Virus record (IMG/VR): IMGVR_UViG_2713896905_000007
Span: 1-17,799 of that record
DNA from: a virus
Lineage: Duplodnaviria > Heunggongvirae > Uroviricota > Caudoviricetes
DNA: 17,799 nucleotides
Direction: 5' to 3' (one strand)
Shown: piece after piece, positions 13,916-17,799 of the stretch
Layout: each line of letters starts with the position of its first letter
Position numbering within the stretch: the stretch's first letter is position 1
Made by a program: the position numbers and the translations under genes
Notes under the pieces: model-generated
Told to the model about the DNA's origin: nothing
Database searches by the model: none
Seen by the model: the letters and a program-made list of their open reading frames with translations, nothing else

Positions 13916-16381
13916 ATGAGTAAAGTCTTTATTTGCGCCGCCATTCCGGACGAACAGGCAACAGCAGAAGGCGCTAAACCTGTGGCCACTGCCATTGAAG
14001 CAGGCGACGAACGCCGGGCAAGAGCCAAATTTAGCTGGTTATTTCTGGAACAATACCCGGAAGCTCAGGACTGTGCTTATAAATTTCTTGTCTGCGAGGA
14101 TAAACCCGGCATGGCCCGCCCTGCTCTCGATTCCTGGGATTCCGAATATATGCAGGAAAACCGCTGGAATGAGGAGTCGGATTCCTTTGTTCCGGTCGCC
14201 CCTGAACCGGATACAGAAACTGTTAACTTTAATCAGTTATCTGAAGACAAGCGGGCTGCTGTCCTTGTCAGGTTCGGTACACATGAAAACATCACCGTGG
14301 ATATGGTCATCAATGCAAGCGGGCTTCTCGGCGATGACGAGATGACGACTTTTGATGGACACCTCACTGAAGCAATTATCAGGACTAAAGAAATTAACGC
14401 CATGTATCCTGAGCGTCAGACTGAGTACATCAACGACGCCAGACGTGATTTAAAACCAACAGCCAAATGGCCCGACGTTCAGGCGTATTTTCTCGAACGT
14501 AAAAAACGCATGGAAAAGGAGCGCAAAGAAGGTGGAGCATATAATTCCGTCGTCGATCTTGCCCGCGCCAGAGTCAACCGGCAAGGCACTGAAAACTCTG
14601 CAGGAAAAACTGGCTCCGTAACTGCTGTCATTCGTCGCGAATACAGGCAGACATGGAAAACACTGGATGACGAACTGGCCTACGCTCTCTGGCCTGGTGA
14701 TGTGGATGCCGGAAACATTGACGGCAGCATCCATCGCTGGGCAAAAAATGAAGTTATCGACAACGACCGCGAAGACTGGAAGCGTATCTCGGCATCAATG
14801 CGCAAACAGCCTGATGCCCTTCGCTACGACCGCCAGACTATTTTTGGCCTTGTCCGTGAACGTCCGATCGACATTCACAAAGACTCTGTGGCACTGAACA
14901 AATACATTACTGAATACCTGACGACAAAAGGCGTGTTTGAAGATGAAGAAACGGATCAGAGTCCTGCTGATGTTCTCCGGTCGTCAGCAACACAAACTGA
15001 TGCAGTGGAAACAGAAGTATCTGGCACCCAAAAAAATGAAAGCGCACTGGAAGCTGAACCATCTGTAGAGCGTGAAGGACCGTTCTACTTCCTCTTTACC
15101 GATAAGGACGGCGAAAAATACGGTCGCGCAAACAAACTGTCTGGTCTGAATAAGGCGCTGGCTGCCGGGGCTACTGAAATCACCAAAGAAGAATACGTCG
15201 CCCGAAAAAATGGCACATACACAGGCTTACCGCAAAATACCAATGCCGCACAAAACTCTGAACAACCAGAGCCGGTAAAAGTTAACACGGTCGAAACAAA
15301 TAAAAAAATGGAGACAGAAAATCTGCCTGATGCCGACAAAGTGCTTGCTGCATCACGCGGTGAATTTATTGAAGGAATTAGCGACCCGAATGATCCGAAG
15401 TGGGTTGAGGGGATCCAGACTCGCGATTCTGTGTACCAGAATCAGCAAGAAACGGAACAGAACGACCAGAAAGCGGAACAAAACAGTCCGGATGCGCAAC
15501 AAAATGGACCAGAAGTGCAACAGTATGAGCCAACAGCACAACAGGAGACTGAAAAAAGCTGCAATACTTGCGGCCGGACTGGCGGTGGAAAATGTCCTGA
15601 CTACGGGCCTGTTATGGGTAACACAACATATCAGGAAACATTCGATGAAGAAAATCTGGCTGAAAAAGATTCGGAGAAAATGGAAAGCACTGAGCATTCT
15701 CGTGAAGAGAGCGCTGGTGACGCTCAGCATGGCAATAGCAGTGATGAAACTGGCGAGACGGCAAATCCCTTAATTGTGATGAACGGTCATCATAAAATCA
15801 CATCCACCAGCGGAACGTGTGAACATCTGATGATCGACCTTGAAACAATGGGAACTAATACCAGTGCGCCCATCGTGGCTATTGGTGCAGTATTCTTCAA
15901 CCCACAGACAGGAGAAATCGGGCCGGTATTTTATATCGTTATCAGTCTGGTTGATGCAATGAACACAGGCGCGGTTCCTGATGGCGGCACTATCGAATGG
16001 TGGCTGGCGCAGTCCAGCGAGGCCAGATCTGCAATTTTAACAGACCAGACAAAACTGAAAGATGGACTGTTGTTGTTTCGGGAGTTCATCAACGAACACT
16101 CAGATGAAAAATTCGTTCAGGTATGGGGAAATGGCGTAGCTTTCGATAACGCAATTTTACGCACTTCATACGAACGTCTGAACATCCCCTGTCCGTGGCA
16201 ATACTGCAACGATCGCGATGTACGCACAATCGTTGAGCTGGGGAAAGCCATAGACTTCGATGCCAGAACGGCTATTCCATTCGAAGGTGAGCGCCATAAT
16301 GCACTTGATGACGCCCGTTACCAGGCAAAATACGTTTCAGTTATCTGGCAAAAACTGATCCCGAGTCAGGCTGATTTTTAA
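13916..16381 (+). CDS. Large prophage protein (821 aa): N-terminal region of unknown function, acidic Q/E-rich linker with Cys motif, C-terminal DEDDh-type 3'-5' exonuclease domain
   Basis: ATG at 13916 with GAGG upstream. C-terminal motifs MIDLETMG (Exo I), [12 protein letters not shown] (Exo II) and [10 protein letters not shown] (Exo III, H-x4-D) define a DnaQ-like DEDDh exonuclease. Occupies the exo/recE position between the early-left genes and xis-int. Confidence 0.8.
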   Translation: MSKVFICAAIPDEQATAEGAKPVATAIEAGDERRARAKFSWLFLEQYPEAQDCAYKFLVCEDKPGMARPALDSWDSEYMQENRWNEESDSFVPVAPEPDTETVNFNQLSEDKRAAVLVRFGTHENITVDMVINASGLLGDDEMTTFDGHLTEAIIRTKEINAMYPERQTEYINDARRDLKPTAKWPDVQAYFLERKKRMEKERKEGGAYNSVVDLARARVNRQGTENSAGKTGSVTAVIRREYRQTWKTLDDELAYALWPGDVDAGNIDGSIHRWAKNEVIDNDREDWKRISASMRKQPDALRYDRQTIFGLVRERPIDIHKDSVALNKYITEYLTTKGVFEDEETDQSPADVLRSSATQTDAVETEVSGTQKNESALEAEPSVEREGPFYFLFTDKDGEKYGRANKLSGLNKALAAGATEITKEEYVARKNGTYTGLPQNTNAAQNSEQPEPVKVNTVETNKKMETENLPDADKVLAASRGEFIEGISDPNDPKWVEGIQTRDSVYQNQQETEQNDQKAEQNSPDAQQNGPEVQQYEPTAQQETEKSCNTCGRTGGGKCPDYGPVMGNTTYQETFDEENLAEKDSEKMESTEHSREESAGDAQHGNSSDETGETANPLIVMNGHHKITSTSGTCEHLMIDLETMGTNTSAPIVAIGAVFFNPQTGEIGPVFYIVISLVDAMNTGAVPDGGTIEWWLAQSSEARSAILTDQTKLKDGLLLFREFINEHSDEKFVQVWGNGVAFDNAILRTSYERLNIPCPWQYCNDRDVRTIVELGKAIDFDARTAIPFEGERHNALDDARYQAKYVSVIWQKLIPSQADF

Positions 16382-16442
16382 TGTTCAACCGTCGCCAGTT
16401 GTCGTTGATATTCTGCAACTGGCGCGTTCCGGAGTGATAGCC

Positions 16443-16712
16443 ATGAGCGAACAGTACCTGATAACGCTCGACGAGTGGAAACCAAAACGGTTCAGTCTCC
16501 CAATAACAAACACTACCCTGGTGAAATACGGAAAACTAGGATACATCGTTCCAAGACCACAAAAAATTCGTGGGCGTTGGCTGATAGATCGCCGAGCAGT
16601 ATTTGTTGGGCCTGGTGAAACGGGAATTGCGCCGGAAATTCATACTGGCGATGATGATGCACTGAAGGAGGTTTTAACTCATGTCACCGAGGCCACGAAA
16701 AAACAGCACTGA
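16443..16712 (+). CDS. xis: Excisionase-like protein, 89 aa
   Basis: Small gene immediately upstream of and overlapping int. ATG at 16443 with GGAG at 8-nt spacing. Confidence 0.6.
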   Translation: MSEQYLITLDEWKPKRFSLPITNTTLVKYGKLGYIVPRPQKIRGRWLIDRRAVFVGPGETGIAPEIHTGDDDALKEVLTHVTEATKKQH

Positions 16713-17799
16713 CGTAGCCGGTCTTTACGAAAAGTTTGATCGCAGAACTGGCAGAGTTTACTACCAGTATAAAAATCCTGTGACTGGAAAATTTCACGGA
16801 CTCGGAACAGACAAAGGTAAGGCAGAAAAAATCGCTTCCACAGCCAATCAGCGAATAGCTTCAGCAGAAGCTGAATATTTCATGCGCAAAATTGATGAAA
16901 GTCCGTCAGCAACAAAACGTCGGGGTATCAGATTAAAGGCATGGGTTGATCGATATCTGAAAATACAGGACACGCGACTGAAAAATGGAGATATTGCAGC
17001 TACAACTCACAAAGAAAAAACTCGAATGGCTGCATACCTGGTTTCCCGTCTGGGAAACCACCCATTGAAAGAACTGGAAGTAAGAGACTTTGCATTAATA
17101 CTGGATGAGTGGCTGGATAAAGACATGGTCAGCACAGCGAGAGTAAATCGTGGATTATGGGTTGATATTTATAAAGAAGCACAGCATGCAGGAGAAGTTC
17201 CTCCTGGATGGAATCCTCCGGAGGCTACCCGTAAACCGATCCCTAAAGTAACCAGAGCCAGACTCACCCTGGAAGACTGGCAAAAAATTTACAACGCAAC
17301 GCCTGAAAAACACTTTATCCGTAACGCAATGCTTCTTGCGATTGTTACTGGTCAGCGCCGTGATGACATTTGCCACATGCGTTTTTCAGATGTGTGGAAC
17401 GAACACTTGCATATCACCCAGGGAAAAACCGGAATGCGTCTGGCGTTACCGCTTACACTACGCTGTGATGCCATTGGGATAACGTTAAAAGAAGTTATTG
17501 ATGGGTGCCGAGACAGAATATTAAGTCCATACCTAATCCATAGTCGGCACCAGAAACAACCGAAGCCGATGAGTAAAGACAACCTGAGCGACTACTTTGC
17601 CAAAGCACGGGATCTGGCTGGAATAATTCCACCAGCAGGAAAAACTCCGCCAACATTTCATGAACAACGCTCTCTATCAGAACGGCTGTACCGTGCACAG
17701 GGTATCGATACAAAAACATTACTAGGGCATAAAGTCCAGGCAACCACCGATCGCTATAACGATACTCGAGGTCAGGAATGGGTTAAGTTGGTTATTTGA
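16681..17799 (+). CDS. int: Tyrosine integrase (lambda Int family), 372 aa, complete, stop at window end
   Basis: Clear similarity to recalled lambda Int (AIVTGQRRDDICHMRFSD; GKTGMRLALP; PPTFHEQRSLSERLY; LLGHK...RYNDTRGQEW). GGAGG upstream of the ATG. Confidence 0.95.
   Translation: MSPRPRKNSTDVAGLYEKFDRRTGRVYYQYKNPVTGKFHGLGTDKGKAEKIASTANQRIASAEAEYFMRKIDESPSATKRRGIRLKAWVDRYLKIQDTRLKNGDIAATTHKEKTRMAAYLVSRLGNHPLKELEVRDFALILDEWLDKDMVSTARVNRGLWVDIYKEAQHAGEVPPGWNPPEATRKPIPKVTRARLTLEDWQKIYNATPEKHFIRNAMLLAIVTGQRRDDICHMRFSDVWNEHLHITQGKTGMRLALPLTLRCDAIGITLKEVIDGCRDRILSPYLIHSRHQKQPKPMSKDNLSDYFAKARDLAGIIPPAGKTPPTFHEQRSLSERLYRAQGIDTKTLLGHKVQATTDRYNDTRGQEWVKLVI

Noticed and set aside
13995-15773. Internal and antisense ORFs within the 821-aa gene (for example 13995-14345, 14450-14734, 15330-15773, 15353-15730)
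   Set aside because: All lie within the single long, uninterrupted exonuclease ORF; alternative-frame artefacts.
17155-17743. Minus-strand ORFs inside the integrase gene
   Set aside because: Shadow ORFs opposite a strongly supported integrase.

Overview
The window is the complete early/regulatory half of an integrated lambdoid prophage of the Qin/DicA-immunity type (Enterobacteriaceae), shown in mirror orientation relative to the lambda map. Left to right: a PerC-like regulator next to an AT-rich island; the lysis cassette (Rz/Rz1, R endolysin, holin) on the minus strand; an orphan beta-class amino-methyltransferase; a tR'-like terminator and Q antiterminator; the nin-like region (RusA, DUF968-like protein, small unknowns, an apparently intact hok/mok type I toxin locus, a DUF551 protein); a replication module (DnaC-like loader, O-like initiator with embedded iterons); and the immunity region (DicC-like cro, DicA-like repressor, TGTTAG-N6-CTAACA operators). 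On the plus strand follow ydfA/B/C-like small genes, the DicF sRNA, an unrecognised 73-aa protein in the dicB slot, an 821-aa protein with a C-terminal DEDDh exonuclease domain, excisionase and a lambda-type integrase ending at the window edge. I cannot name one clear novel system; the strongest candidates are the exonuclease fusion, the dicB-slot protein, the wHTH ORF plus orphan methylase, and the uncharacterised pair between replication and nin genes. All homology calls are from recalled sequences and motifs, not searches.
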